DNA of 64,000 bases, taken from NCBI GenBank assembly GCA_918797485.1, contig CAKKNE010000002.1, forward strand, positions 3,038,001 through 3,102,000, given 5' to 3'. Source of the stretch: Pelagomonas calceolata. Lineage: Eukaryota. The notes below the pieces were generated by a model that made no database searches, was not told the DNA's origin, and saw only the letters and a list, made by a program, of their open reading frames with translations. Below are positions 20,001 through 29,779 of the stretch, in pieces (the stretch's first letter is position 1; each line of letters begins with the position of its first letter). The position numbers were made by a program, and so were the translations under genes.

Positions 20001-20923
20001 AAGGTAGGAGGCAGGCCCAGATCGCCCACAAAAAAAGACTGGAGGAGATCGAGGGCATGACCGAAAACGAGTGGGACACCTATAAAGGTATGCTCGATCG
20101 AATCGCGCCGCACGTCGCGTCACTAAGGGAGCAGCTCGGCGCGGCGAAGGATCGCAAGTCCGAGAGGACGTGGTTGCGACGAAGGTCGGACGGCGAACTG
20201 GATGATGATCGCTTGGTCGACGGCGCGGCCGGGGAACGGTTAGTTTTCAAGCGGCGTGGGAAACCGGATCCCCTGGATAGAAAGCCGACGGAAGAGGACG
20301 AGTTCCGGAAGCGGACACTGTTGTTCCTTGTTGATGTCTCAGGAAGTATGTACCGCTTTCAGATGATGGACGGGAGACTGGCACGGATGCTCGAGGCGAC
20401 GATGCTCGTCATGGAGGCGTTGGAAGGGCTCGAGGGCAAGTACGAGTATGCCATACGAGGTCATAGTGGAGAGAGCGATGGGGTCGAGTTTGTCGAGTTT
20501 GGGCAGCCGCCTTCTAACAGAGGAGAACGACTCAAAGTCCTACAAAGGATGGTCGCGCACTCGCAGTTTTGTGATACTGGAGATAGAACTATAGAGGCGA
20601 CGCGGCGGGCCATTTCGGACGTGTCCGCGCGCGGCTTTGTAGATGACGAGGAGGAAAGGAAGCATCTAGTCGTGGCGCTGTCGGACGCGAATTTTAGTCG
20701 CTACGGTTTGGACCCGCGCTGGTGGGCCGAGGCGCTCTCCGATTCCGACGCGGTCGACGCGCATGCGGTCATGGTCGGGTCGATCGCCGACGAGGCGTCG
20801 CTCGTGGCCGGGGCGCTGCCGCGGGGGCGCGGCCACGTGTGCTTCGACGCGGACGAGCTGCCCGTCGTCTTCAAGCGGATCCTGCAGCACGCGCGGATTA
20901 TTGATGATGGGGAGGAGATGTAG
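17024..20923 (+). CDS. VWA8: von Willebrand factor A domain-containing protein 8 (three AAA+ modules + vWA)
   Basis: KDALGQD, ILDGLERAERNVLPTLNNLLENRE, Walker A GPAGGGKS and GNQGVGKN, HVGGNTWAGGSGGSDTAGLGGRGGPYR, MIDAS DVSGSM. Confidence 0.95.
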   Translation: MRRTAPMLLRHLSSDSVDSVRVGRAVTRLRNGGDFKPVGALATLPPRLGATLEWLCQKDALGQDALLICAPAERARARRAAFAFAELVNAEAYYVGVSPDTAEADLRQRRELTGGGSAAWSDAAPVRAALAGGVLILDGLERAERNVLPTLNNLLENRELALDDGRRLVPEWRLAQLREEVDVPLLPVPQTFRVIALASPAPPFTGRALDPPLRSRLQAHVVPSFDVDELPPHEDLAAACAALLEIERNNAVAAAASRSSDTTFAFSGTAIKRVARHASDARAVLERCYPPLAGRYLLGKAVSKDAVEAVDRVLGAPAADEGAGRADGALWLSATQSRALAAAQSDLKNGEHVALVGPAGGGKSIMAARVAPAAARLQTCHKDLTARDLLQSRATDPATGASTWRDGPIIEAMRAGSSVILDGAHRLQRGVLAAALSRALHDGIVDLPDGSRLEAAEGFRVVAVAEPGAWLGDGDVAACFSSHAVPEWADDDIEAALAHLVPGCDARALAAVARRSREDGDAATRLSIRSLLRVARRLAAGEADVKPLVEEALMAAFLPRRLRDKVDDWFASSSDEEVEATAAWTVAGEDVSVVARRDGATAATVAMRGRGRAPELVPSLPNYVPTRAAEAAVAALVQLEAAGERAVLVLGNQGVGKNVAVDRYLSLCGAEREYSQLHRDSTVSSLTATPTLEDGILRHEDAPLVRAALHGRVCVLDEADKAPTEVTVLLKALVADGVLPLPDGRILRVGDNVHADFRLVVLANRPGYPFHGNALFRECGDAFAGLVVDNPDVDSEVALLEDVAPSRPHDERRRLACAFAELRARHETGSLAYPFSMRECAAVARHLELYGSEDEGVGDALANVLAHDAYAPQRAMVAAVFEAHGFEGVADKLQRKLDGIVPSMAYDVEYTSIKGSGGASVPRTGLSAPKFGKVDPSGNPHVGGNTWAGGSGGSDTAGLGGRGGPYRLWDGKHVPHQVSDEAKAEVSEAARAEGRRQAQIAHKKRLEEIEGMTENEWDTYKGMLDRIAPHVASLREQLGAAKDRKSERTWLRRRSDGELDDDRLVDGAAGERLVFKRRGKPDPLDRKPTEEDEFRKRTLLFLVDVSGSMYRFQMMDGRLARMLEATMLVMEALEGLEGKYEYAIRGHSGESDGVEFVEFGQPPSNRGERLKVLQRMVAHSQFCDTGDRTIEATRRAISDVSARGFVDDEEERKHLVVALSDANFSRYGLDPRWWAEALSDSDAVDAHAVMVGSIADEASLVAGALPRGRGHVCFDADELPVVFKRILQHARIIDDGEEM

Positions 20924-21254
20924 TTATATCGTGTAAGAGTACTGTGTCTATTTCAAGTTCCCTTCCTACCGTGCGTCTCCTGGCAAGGCCGTCGATCACC
21001 TGGCTCAGGCTAGTTACGTCGCATGGTTCCCCTACCCCTCCCGCTCCCCCGGCCCACCCGTGGCTGGCTCAGGCTGCGTCTAGTGGGCCTACCTAGCATT
21101 CGGTTGTGCTCTCGCAAATAATCTGCGTGGCCGCGAGGATCTGGGTTCCAGAGAGACCGGGCTTTTGGCACGCGTACTTAAAAAGACCGCCGCGCGGATC
21201 GATTCATAAACTCGCAGAGTCCTGAGTCATACAAACACAACACCAAAAATCACA

Positions 21255-21731
21255 ATGCCTATTTTAATTTACGGCCTCCTCGTTTGGTTTGGCCAGCAAT
21301 TGATTGGGACGTCCGTTATTAACGGCGCGTCCGCGCCCGCGCTCGCTTCGCGGCCGCTGCTGCGAGGGAACGCCGCGCGCCCGCCCGCGAGCGACGAGCG
21401 GCGTAGAAGAATTTTACAGGCGGCGCCGGCGCCAACCGCGACGCCCGCGCCGACGAGCACTAAATCGACCAACGCGACAGCGCGGCCGACGCCCCGGCCG
21501 ACGCCGCCGCCCTGGGAAATACGCAACCACGACCGCGGCTACCGCACCAAGTCGCGCAGCCCCGCGACGTCCTTCGTGCTCGTGCTCGTCCTACTTATTA
21601 TCATCGTGTGCGCCGTGCGGTTCCTCATGTTCGGCCTCGTCCTGTTCGGCGGCTGTTGTACGTGTTGTTGCGAGCGGGGCGCGCGGAAGGACCTGAACAG
21701 GGGCTCCGTGGTCATCCCCGTCACTCAGTAA
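21255..21731 (+). CDS. Small single-pass membrane protein (signal peptide, Pro/Thr stalk, TM helix, Cys cluster)
   Basis: Hydrophobic N-terminus, PTPRPTPPP stalk, FVLVLVLLIIIVCAV TM segment, GCCTCCC. Confidence 0.6.
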   Translation: MPILIYGLLVWFGQQLIGTSVINGASAPALASRPLLRGNAARPPASDERRRRILQAAPAPTATPAPTSTKSTNATARPTPRPTPPPWEIRNHDRGYRTKSRSPATSFVLVLVLLIIIVCAVRFLMFGLVLFGGCCTCCCERGARKDLNRGSVVIPVTQ

Positions 21732-21784
21732 AATCATTCAGTAGTAGATTCTTAGACGATTGATTGGGGGGAGGAAGGAAGGGA

Positions 21785-23621
21785 CTAGAGCGGGCCGGCC
21801 GTCGTGCCGGGGAGCCGCGGCGTCGCCAGCGCCGACGCCATGCGAGCCTGCTCTTCGAGAGAGGGCGGCGGATCCAAACCGCGGTCCTCGGCGACCTGCG
21901 CGCCGCCCGGGATAGGGAGGTCCCTTCCCCGCTTCTTCGGTAAGGGCCCGAGCTCGGCGTCGAGCTCCTTCAACAACGCCTCGAGCGCGTCCCTCGATTC
22001 CCACTCGATCATGTACTTCATGGAATTCGGGCACTGGCACGAGTAGGCGACGTGGCGCAAGCACACTATATCTTTTTTGGAGCACTCACAACCAACAGCA
22101 CTCAAAAAGCACGTGTGCTGGCAGGCAATGCAAATACGCTTATCATCATACGTCGTCGCCGCTATATTAATAACGTCCGTCTTGTTCGCCGGCGGCGTGC
22201 ATAATTTACTAATGTCGCGCACGCCGCTCGCGTAGGCCGCGTCCCTTAGTTTGAGGTCTTCTACTACCAATCGTCGGAGTTCTTCTCTTAGTATTGTTCT
22301 AGCCTGGCCATCGATCGTATCTCTACCTTCGTTCGCTCGTAATGTAAACATGAGCCGATCATGAGAAATGACCGCCAATCGACCGGACCTCCGATATCTC
22401 TCATTGGCAACTCTAGCGTGCTGGACCCAGTCCGGCGTCGCGAAGTTCACGGCCTCCCCACAATTGAATCCATACGAAAAGCCGCCGTGAAAGGCCTGCG
22501 GAAACGTGACCACAAATTCTCCGGGGTTCTGGCAGATGCGGTGGATCGGCACCTCCAGAGCAGCTAATTTCGCGGGCGAGATCTGGAGGTTGATCCTATG
22601 TAACAAGTCAGGAACTTCTAGTAGTCTTTGCTTGTGGAAGCGGCGGACGACGTCTTCGAAGCGCGCCGCCTCCGAACCGGGGATGCCGTACCACTGCTTC
22701 GGCGCGCCGGTGTGGTGGTAGTTGATGGACTCGAAGTAGTTGTCCTCGTTGTGCCTGCGTGCAACGCTCTCACGTGGCCGCGTCGACGTCTTCATGAAGA
22801 CCACGTCTGTTCTCTAACGAGACGCGTGGACTCTCTGACGGCCGCGTCGACGCCATCGCGGCGACGTGGGCTCATGAAGACGCCATCGACGCGACCGCGT
22901 CACGTTCAAGGTCATTTCTGCGCCGAGCCGCGGACCACGGGAACGTCGCGAAGAGCATGCCCATGTACAGCCACGGCTGCGTCACGCCCGGCAGCGGCGC
23001 GTCGTGGCGTCTCAACAAAAAACCGGGCCAGCGCGCCGTGTTGTTCAGGTTCCAGCCCGACTGTTTTACGTAGGACGGATCCTCGACACTTTGCGGCAGA
23101 TTTTTATCTGAGAGTTGATCGATGTCGACGCCTCGCGGGAAGCCACTCCAAAATTCGTTCACGTCGATGTCGTTGCCATATTCTACATCTAGCTTCTCCC
23201 TTACTTGGTCGACGATGGCCCAGTAGTCCTCCTCGAGGCGTTTCAGTAACGCGTCTCCTTTGAGGTCGGGGTACTTCGCTATTCTTCTAGCATAGAACGC
23301 GTCGGCCATGCGCCGGTACTCTTCCAGGGTGTACTCGCGGCCGTCGCCGAAGGGCTGGCCCTCGCCCAATTCATGGAGCCGCTGCCGCTTCGTCGCAAAT
23401 TTTTTTGTGGAATTCCAGTCCACAGCAGACTCAACCTTCCAGCCGCGCGGCGGGACGATCTTGCAGATGCCGAAGGGCTCGGCTTCTCTCCTGATCGAGG
23501 CCACGTAGCGCAGCGGGTCGCGGAACTGCGCCGCGGTCGGTCTAAACACGGGCGCATCCGGGATGGGCCGGTCGCTCAGCGTGGCGAGCTTCGTCTCGAG
23601 CTTCGAGTTCTCCAGAGCCAT
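21785..23621 (-). CDS. KDM5: JmjN-JmjC-C5HC2 zinc-finger histone lysine demethylase (KDM5/JARID-like); intron 22755-22935
   Basis: JmjN APVFRPTAAQFRDPL..GICKIVPP; JmjC PWLYMGMLFATFPW|HNED...WYGIP...VTFPQAFHGGFSYGFNCGEAVNF; CIACQHTCFLSAVGCEC..CLRH..C.C. A GT-AG intron inside the Trp codon joins two ORFs. An acceptor-like CGCAG at 23652 suggests a further upstream exon. Confidence 0.9.
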
Positions 23622-24706
23622 CTGGTAGAGCTCCTGCTCGCGCGCGGACCACTGCGTTTGGGGGAGGGCGCGTGATTTTTTGGTGGTGATATGGCGCGCG
23701 ATGGCGTGGGTGCGGCGAGCAGGCCTCGCGGCGCGCCCGGGCGAAAACTCGTGAAAGGCGCTCTCTCTGGCGCGCGGCGAGAGGCGTTTTCGTGCAGAAC
23801 GGGTGTTTTTTGGCGGTCACGCGCGCGGAGCGGGCGCGGGGAAGGGCTGCGCAGGCCTCGTGCGGCGCCGCGGGCCGGCCCGGGTCGTTGTCAAGCGAAG
23901 GCGCCGCGTCCGGGCTGCGCGAGGGGTGTTTTCCACGCGGCGGCGCGCGTCCGGCTCATCGGTGTACCTGCGGGATGCGCGGGGGGCGCGGCGTGAGCTT
24001 CGAGCGGCCGAAGGCGCCGCGGGCGCGTCTCGGGGGCCGCGCGCTGGCCCCGGGCCGATTCCCTTCTCGCGGCGACTCGGTGCGGTCGCGCGAGCGAGTG
24101 GCTAGGACTGCCCCCTTGAGGCGTGATCTCTGTCGCGCGGGCGGGGCTGGACACTGGCAAGCGCTTTTCCGTTGGTTGCCGTGTCCTGCGGGGCTTTTTG
24201 GCGGATGTAAGCTCGGCCATTGGTGCGACACGATCGCGCAAGAGCGCTGAGCCGGGGGCGAATTTTGGGTTTATCCCCACTCGCGGGCCGGTCAGTGGTT
24301 GCGCCGGGGTTGCCTAAGGGCGTGAAAGGGATGGCGCTCGCGTTGGCGCAGCCCTTAATTTGCGGACGACCCGAGTCTCTCTTCTCCTGCGACGAGCACT
24401 GAATTTCGAGTAGCAGATCGCTGCAGGGACAGGTCTAGGGGTCCACACAGCCGTCCCCGCCGTCCCGCGACGGCAAACAGGAGAATCGTCCGACACCCGA
24501 AAAACCCGAACTTTGCTCTTGTCCTCCCTTGGCAGCTCCACTCAGACGGAAGTATGCTACTACGAAAGACGGCGCGCGGCCCGCGACTCAGCGAAGCACG
24601 GTGGCCCGAAACCTGGCCTGGGCGCCGCGCCACACTACGATTCTACACTACGAGTCCAGACCCATGCCACCAACAAGATAGGAGCAACCGCAATTATACA
24701 AAGAGG

Positions 24707-25606
24707 CTAGCCCCGCGGCGAGATCATGCCCCCGACCTTCTTCAGCGTCTTGTCGACGACGCCGCCAGGGGCTCGTCGAGCGGCCTTCTTCCCCATGCCC
24801 TGCAATCGAGCTTGCGGGTCCCGCGCGAGCATCGTCCTTCGCGCCGCGACGCAGGAGTTTCTCAAGGTAGAAGTAATTGCGTGATCTCCTCCCAAATACC
24901 GCTCGGCGACTTCCACACCCTTCCTATAGGATTGTAACGACTGGTTGTGCTTCTTGAGGAACTCCTGTTCCACGCCCACGTTGTGGTAGGCGATAGCCAA
25001 TACAGCTACTCTATCTGCTTTGGGGGGCCCCGCGTTATCACTACCGAGTACCGAGGATAACTCCTCCTGCAACAAGATCAAAGCCTGCTGGGCGTGTTCG
25101 AGAGCGGATTGATGTCTTCCTAGTTGCGAGAGAACCGCACACGCGTTCAGATACGTGTCCGCCGGGTTGTCCACGCTTTCCAACCGACCTTCTATTTTGA
25201 GCGCCTTCTGGAGGTACTGGAGCGCAGCATGGAGCTTCCCCTGCCGTCGGTAGTAACACGCTAGATTATTGAACGTGACCGCGCGACCGGCCGGGTCCCG
25301 CTCCGTGAGAATTTCGGCCTTTTTGAGCAGCTCCAGGACCATCGCAAAGTCCTCCTGTTGGAGATACGTCATGGCCAATAAATTGCACATCTCGCCCACG
25401 GTCTTGCAGGCCCGCCAGACCTCGTCGGAGCCGGCGCCGAAGAAGTGCTGCCTTAGTACAAGTCCGCGTTCCATGCACTCGAGGGCCTCCAAGTACTGGC
25501 CGTTCTGCTGGAAGTTCGTGCAGGTCTCGTCTATTCTTTGTAAGGCTAATAACTCGGCGTTGTCCTCCTCGCCGTCGTTCTGGAGGGCGGCCATGGTCTC
25601 CTCCAT
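24707..25606 (-). CDS. Tetratricopeptide repeat protein
   Basis: TPR helices AVTFNNLACYYRRQGKLHAALQYLQKAL, TYLNACAVLSQLGRHQSAL, AIAYHNVGVEQEFL. Confidence 0.85.
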   Translation of the reverse strand: MEETMAALQNDGEEDNAELLALQRIDETCTNFQQNGQYLEALECMERGLVLRQHFFGAGSDEVWRACKTVGEMCNLLAMTYLQQEDFAMVLELLKKAEILTERDPAGRAVTFNNLACYYRRQGKLHAALQYLQKALKIEGRLESVDNPADTYLNACAVLSQLGRHQSALEHAQQALILLQEELSSVLGSDNAGPPKADRVAVLAIAYHNVGVEQEFLKKHNQSLQSYRKGVEVAERYLGGDHAITSTLRNSCVAARRTMLARDPQARLQGMGKKAARRAPGGVVDKTLKKVGGMISPRG

Positions 25607-26172
25607 TTTGCTGGGGCTGCCCTTGGCAGTGGTGTCGTTGTGGGGTGGCCTCGGCGGCGTCCGTGGGGCGTCCGGCCGGCTGACGCGCGTCGTGGGGCTG
25701 CCTCGGTGTGGCGTTCTCCGCGGGCGGCGCGTCGGCGGCGTCTATAGGCCGTCTTTGCCGAGCGCGTTGCAAGGCCAAGGCAGCGCTGGGCCTTCGACTT
25801 CCGGGCCTCTCCAGGCGTGAGGCGCGTGTGTCGAGGGCTCGCGCGAGAGGTGAGAGCAGTCTTGCGGGCCCTGAAAAAAACCCGGCAGCCAGAGCGCGAT
25901 TAATCCTCTTGGCGCTAAATCGCGCCATTCATCGACGCATCCAGCGTTGACCAGCTCAAACGTCTCACTGCACTGCCGTTCCGTACTGCGAACTGCGAAA
26001 ACGCCGGTCCGCCCGTCCAGAGACGGCACAGACTCGCAGAGCCCAAAAGCGCATTTGAAATCACGCGGACGCGAGGCGCAGCAATCAAGTAGCGGTCGCG
26101 GTGTGAAGCGCAACAGCACAAACACAACGCTCACACAAAAAAACAGCAACCACAACGCTCTCACAAAAAAAC

Positions 26173-27708
26173 ATGGACAAATTCGTCCCGAAACGCAAGG
26201 CCGGCGACCCGCCCGCTCCAGCGAAGAAACGGCCGGCGCGGCGCGGCGTGGCCGCGAAGAAGCTGCCGACCGACCCCGTCGCGGTCGCGAAGCAGGCGGT
26301 CGCGCGCACGGACCGCCTGGTACTCGAAGAAGCCATCGTCGCGCTCGTCAGCGACGGCGCGGTGAGCGTCGAGCGCCTGGCCGAGCTGGGCATCGCGCCG
26401 GCGGCCGTGAAAACGCTGAAGGAGAAGGTCACCGCGACGGCGCAGCTGCGGTCGACGGGCACGATGGGGTCGTGGGAGCGGCTCGACCAGGAACTCATCG
26501 TGGCCATCATCGAGCACGCGTCGTCGCTGGAAAAGTTCCAGCTCTCAGAGACGTGCAAGGGCCTCTGCGCGCTGCGCCGCGAGCCGCGGTGCTGGACGTC
26601 GCTCGACGTCGGCAAGCTCGACGGCCTCACGGCGTCGGGCCTGCGGCGCCTGCCGTCGTCGATCCCGACGACGCGCATCGAGTGCCTGCGCCTCGACGAG
26701 GGGCGGGGCAGCAGCTTCGGGGCGGCGGACTGGGTCGCCTTCCTGAAGCAGCTCGAGTGCAAGGACACGCTGAAGCGCCTGAACCTGGCCACGAAGAAGT
26801 TTGGCGCCGGGGCCAAGGCGCTCAAGGCCGTCGAGCCGCTCGTGGGCGGCGTCGAGGCGCTGCGGGTCGTGGGCATCAAGAACCCGCAGGGCGTCATGGA
26901 CATCGTCAAGAAGGCGCCGCGGCTCGTGGACCTCGAGGTCATCAGTTCCGACGACGTGGGCTGGGAGTTCTTCCTGACGCGCCTGGCGCAGGTCGCGGCG
27001 GGCCAGCGCGGCGCCGGCGCCAAGAGCCTCCTCAAGCGCTTCGCGGCCAGCGGCTGGTGCTTCCGGATCGTCACGGCGTTCCCCTTCGTCGCCTCGACGC
27101 TCCGGGGCCTCTTCCCCGAGTTGCAGAGCCTCGAGTTCAAGGGCCTGTCGTGCAACTGCGTGCCGATCCCCGCGCCCGCCGGCGGCGCCGCGTCCCGGCT
27201 CCGCGTCCTCAAGCTCAAGCAGGTCGAGTTCGTGCCGGGCGCGCGGCAGGTGTCGGGCAGCAGCTACTGGGGCCCGCAGACCGAGGCCATGTCGTCCGAG
27301 GCGGTCGCGACCTACGTGTCCAACTGCGAGGCCGCCTTCCCCGCGCTCGAGGTCTGGTGGACGTCCCGCGAGTGCGAGTCGATCTCGACGAAGGAGCGCC
27401 GGGCCGGGGCGCAATTCCAGCCGCCGCCGGTCCTGGACTCGCGGTCGCTCGCGGTGCGCTTCCCGCACCTGCGCGAGTTCACGCTCGTGAACGTCGACGT
27501 CGACAAGCACTCGTTCGTCAACTGGGACGCGCCGAGCCTCGAGAAGGTGCACCTGGACCCCGTCGGCACCGACACCTACCCCGCCTCGACCTTCGCCCAG
27601 CGCTTCCCGTCGGAAGTTTCGCGCAAGCCCATCGTCCAGCCGCTGCTCGACGGGGCCGAGGGCGACGTCGCGGTGGGCTGGTCGAAGATCAACAAATACC
27701 GCGACTAG
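26173..27708 (+). CDS. F-box-like / LRR-like protein
   Basis: WERLDQELIVAIIEHASSLEKFQLSETCKGLCALRREPRCWTSLD resembles an F-box, followed by loose LxxL repeats. Confidence 0.65.
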   Translation: MDKFVPKRKAGDPPAPAKKRPARRGVAAKKLPTDPVAVAKQAVARTDRLVLEEAIVALVSDGAVSVERLAELGIAPAAVKTLKEKVTATAQLRSTGTMGSWERLDQELIVAIIEHASSLEKFQLSETCKGLCALRREPRCWTSLDVGKLDGLTASGLRRLPSSIPTTRIECLRLDEGRGSSFGAADWVAFLKQLECKDTLKRLNLATKKFGAGAKALKAVEPLVGGVEALRVVGIKNPQGVMDIVKKAPRLVDLEVISSDDVGWEFFLTRLAQVAAGQRGAGAKSLLKRFAASGWCFRIVTAFPFVASTLRGLFPELQSLEFKGLSCNCVPIPAPAGGAASRLRVLKLKQVEFVPGARQVSGSSYWGPQTEAMSSEAVATYVSNCEAAFPALEVWWTSRECESISTKERRAGAQFQPPPVLDSRSLAVRFPHLREFTLVNVDVDKHSFVNWDAPSLEKVHLDPVGTDTYPASTFAQRFPSEVSRKPIVQPLLDGAEGDVAVGWSKINKYRD

Positions 27709-27792
27709 TAGGCCGTGGCAAGCGCTTCGACGAGTAGTGTTGTAAGACTCGAACCGAACTTAAAAGGGGAGGGGGGGGGGAGGACGGTCAAT

Positions 27793-29337
27793 TCACGAGT
27801 AGCGGCCGGTCGCGTCGCCGCCCGAAGACCGGAAGGAGCCGCCGCCGCGCGCGTTGCGGATGCCGGCGTTGATGGCCGAGCGCAAATCCAAGCACTCGCG
27901 CGCGCCGCGCGACGCGAACTTGGCGATCACTTTTTCCTTGCCCTCCGCGCCCGTTTCGGAGAGTGTAAAATGGTGCAAGGGCCCGAAGGTCTTGTACTCC
28001 TTGGCCTTGACCTCGTCCGTCACGTGGACGGCGCTCAGCATGACGTGCAGCTTGATGAGCGGCGTCACGGCCTTCATCGCCTGGACGATGTCGCCGCCGC
28101 GGTGGACGCTCGCCGTGCGGTACTGCGCCCAGTCCGACGAGTTGCGAAACACCAAAAGTTCGCGGTGGCCCTTGATGATGACCACGCTCGGCTTCCACAC
28201 TTTCGTTTTTAGGGTGCGTAGGGAACACCGCGCCAAACATTCGATCTGCACGACGCCGTGTGTCGAATGAGCCGGCGCCTCGCTGTGCTTCTGGGAGCGG
28301 TAGGCGTCGGCGCCGCTCGCGCGCGGCGCGCGCGGCGGCGGCACGGCCGCCGTCGCCGAGTCGGCGTGCGGGTCGCCGCCGCGCTGCATCAGGATCTCGC
28401 GCTGCATGGCCTCGGGCAGCTGCGCCCAGACGGCGGGGTCCACGCCGGAGGGCGCGGGCCAGTCGTTGCTCTTCTGCCTTGACGGAGGCGCGGGCGCGGG
28501 CGCCGCGGGGCCGGCGCTCAGGTCGAGGCCGTCGAGGCCCCAGCTCTCCTCCTGCGGCGGCGGCGCCGGCGCTACCGGAGGTGCGGGCGGCGGCGCGGCG
28601 ACGGGCAAGCCGAAGAGGTCGACGGCGCCCGTCGGCTGCGGCGCGGGCGCGGGCGGCGCGAGCGGCGTCGGCTGGAGCAGGCCGGGCACGGCCGGCGCCG
28701 CGGGTGCCGGCGGCGCCACGTTCAGCGCGCCGGGCATCTGGGGCTTCGGCGGGAGCGGCTGCGACGGCGTGTACTGGGGGATCGGCGGCGGGCCGGCCGG
28801 CTTCGGCGGCGACGGCCGCGGCGGCGGCGCGCCCATGGCGCCGGGCATCGCGCCGGGCATGGCGCCGGGCATTGCGCCGGGCATGGCGCCGGGCATGGCT
28901 CCCGGCATGGCTCCCGGCATGGCTCCGGGCATGGCCGGCGGCATCCCGGGCATCATCTGCGGCGGCGCCATGGGCATCTGCATGCCCATCGGCGGCATGC
29001 CCATCTGCCCAGGCATCATGGGCCGGGGCGGCATCATCCCAGGCATCATTCCCGGCATCGCGCCGGGCATCTGCCCCGGCATACCGTAGCCGGGCATGGC
29101 GCCGGGCATGCCGTAGCCGGGCATGCCGCCGGCCGGCGGCGCCGGCCGCGCGAGCGCGTCGAGCGCCGAGATCGACGACCGGCGGCTCGCCGCGTCCGTC
29201 GGCGGCCGGTGCTGGTTCGCTTGCTGATTGATCTGACCGGGCATCTGCATCGGCATCTGGCCGGGCATCTGACCGGGCATCATCGGCATCTGGCCGGGCA
29301 TCTGGCCCGGCATCTGCCCCGGGTAGCCGCCCTGCAT
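27793..29337 (-). CDS. Pro/Gly/Met-rich protein with ubiquitin-binding motif (UBM) and C-terminal PH-like domain
   Basis: MPGQ/MPGA repeats; PSGVDPAVWAQLPEAMQREIL matches UBM pattern; C-terminal beta-rich segment (KTKVWKPSVVII...LLVFR) ending in a helix. Confidence 0.65.
   Translation of the reverse strand: MQGGYPGQMPGQMPGQMPMMPGQMPGQMPMQMPGQINQQANQHRPPTDAASRRSSISALDALARPAPPAGGMPGYGMPGAMPGYGMPGQMPGAMPGMMPGMMPPRPMMPGQMGMPPMGMQMPMAPPQMMPGMPPAMPGAMPGAMPGAMPGAMPGAMPGAMPGAMPGAMGAPPPRPSPPKPAGPPPIPQYTPSQPLPPKPQMPGALNVAPPAPAAPAVPGLLQPTPLAPPAPAPQPTGAVDLFGLPVAAPPPAPPVAPAPPPQEESWGLDGLDLSAGPAAPAPAPPSRQKSNDWPAPSGVDPAVWAQLPEAMQREILMQRGGDPHADSATAAVPPPRAPRASGADAYRSQKHSEAPAHSTHGVVQIECLARCSLRTLKTKVWKPSVVIIKGHRELLVFRNSSDWAQYRTASVHRGGDIVQAMKAVTPLIKLHVMLSAVHVTDEVKAKEYKTFGPLHHFTLSETGAEGKEKVIAKFASRGARECLDLRSAINAGIRNARGGGSFRSSGGDATGRYS
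28834..28932 (-). repeat. 12-nt coding tandem repeat (MPGA)n
   Basis: About 8 consecutive ATGCCCGGCGCC-like units on the minus strand. Confidence 0.8.
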
Positions 29338-29779
29338 GGCTCCGCGAAACTGGGTCTCCTTTTTTTGGTGGAGGGCTGGCTCCCGGCCGAAGGCGTTTCC
29401 TCGCAGCGGTGGTGAGCGCTGTTACGGATTATAACAATGCGGCGTAACGCACAATTATCCTCGTGGTCTCGCGCTCCTCCAGCCAGGCCTTTGGTCGGCT
29501 TCCTCTGGCTTCTAGTGGTCTTACGCCGCTAGCTGCGTTTTTCGGCCGACGAGTTAATCCGTCCAATGCACGGTCCGGAAGGCTACATCAGGGCGACCCG
29601 CGGGTCCAGCAACCAGCACGTGAGGAGCCGAAGACGCCAGGAGACTTGGAATTGGAGAGGGAGCCGCCGCTGCGCCGCGTTTGTGGCCCGGCGCACCATC
29701 TCATTCCGCCGAGGGCTGCCTCCCCCTCAAATTGGAACCAGTGCGTTGCCAGTAAACGGAGACACGCACCCAAACTCCA

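Noticed and set aside
17024..20923. VWA8 as a bacterial MoxR/vWA chaperone or defence system
   Set aside because: Motifs match the conserved eukaryotic VWA8; it is only a compact version.
23652..24700. Short ORFs upstream of the KDM5-like gene
   Set aside because: Low-complexity GC-rich sequence without motifs; more likely intron, 5' exon and promoter, boundaries not resolved.
25947..27737. Long overlapping or antisense ORFs (also 5003-6016, 17536-18495, 29566-31155, 45632-46705)
   Set aside because: R/A/G/P-rich shadow frames expected from high GC3; the recognisable gene is in another frame or strand.
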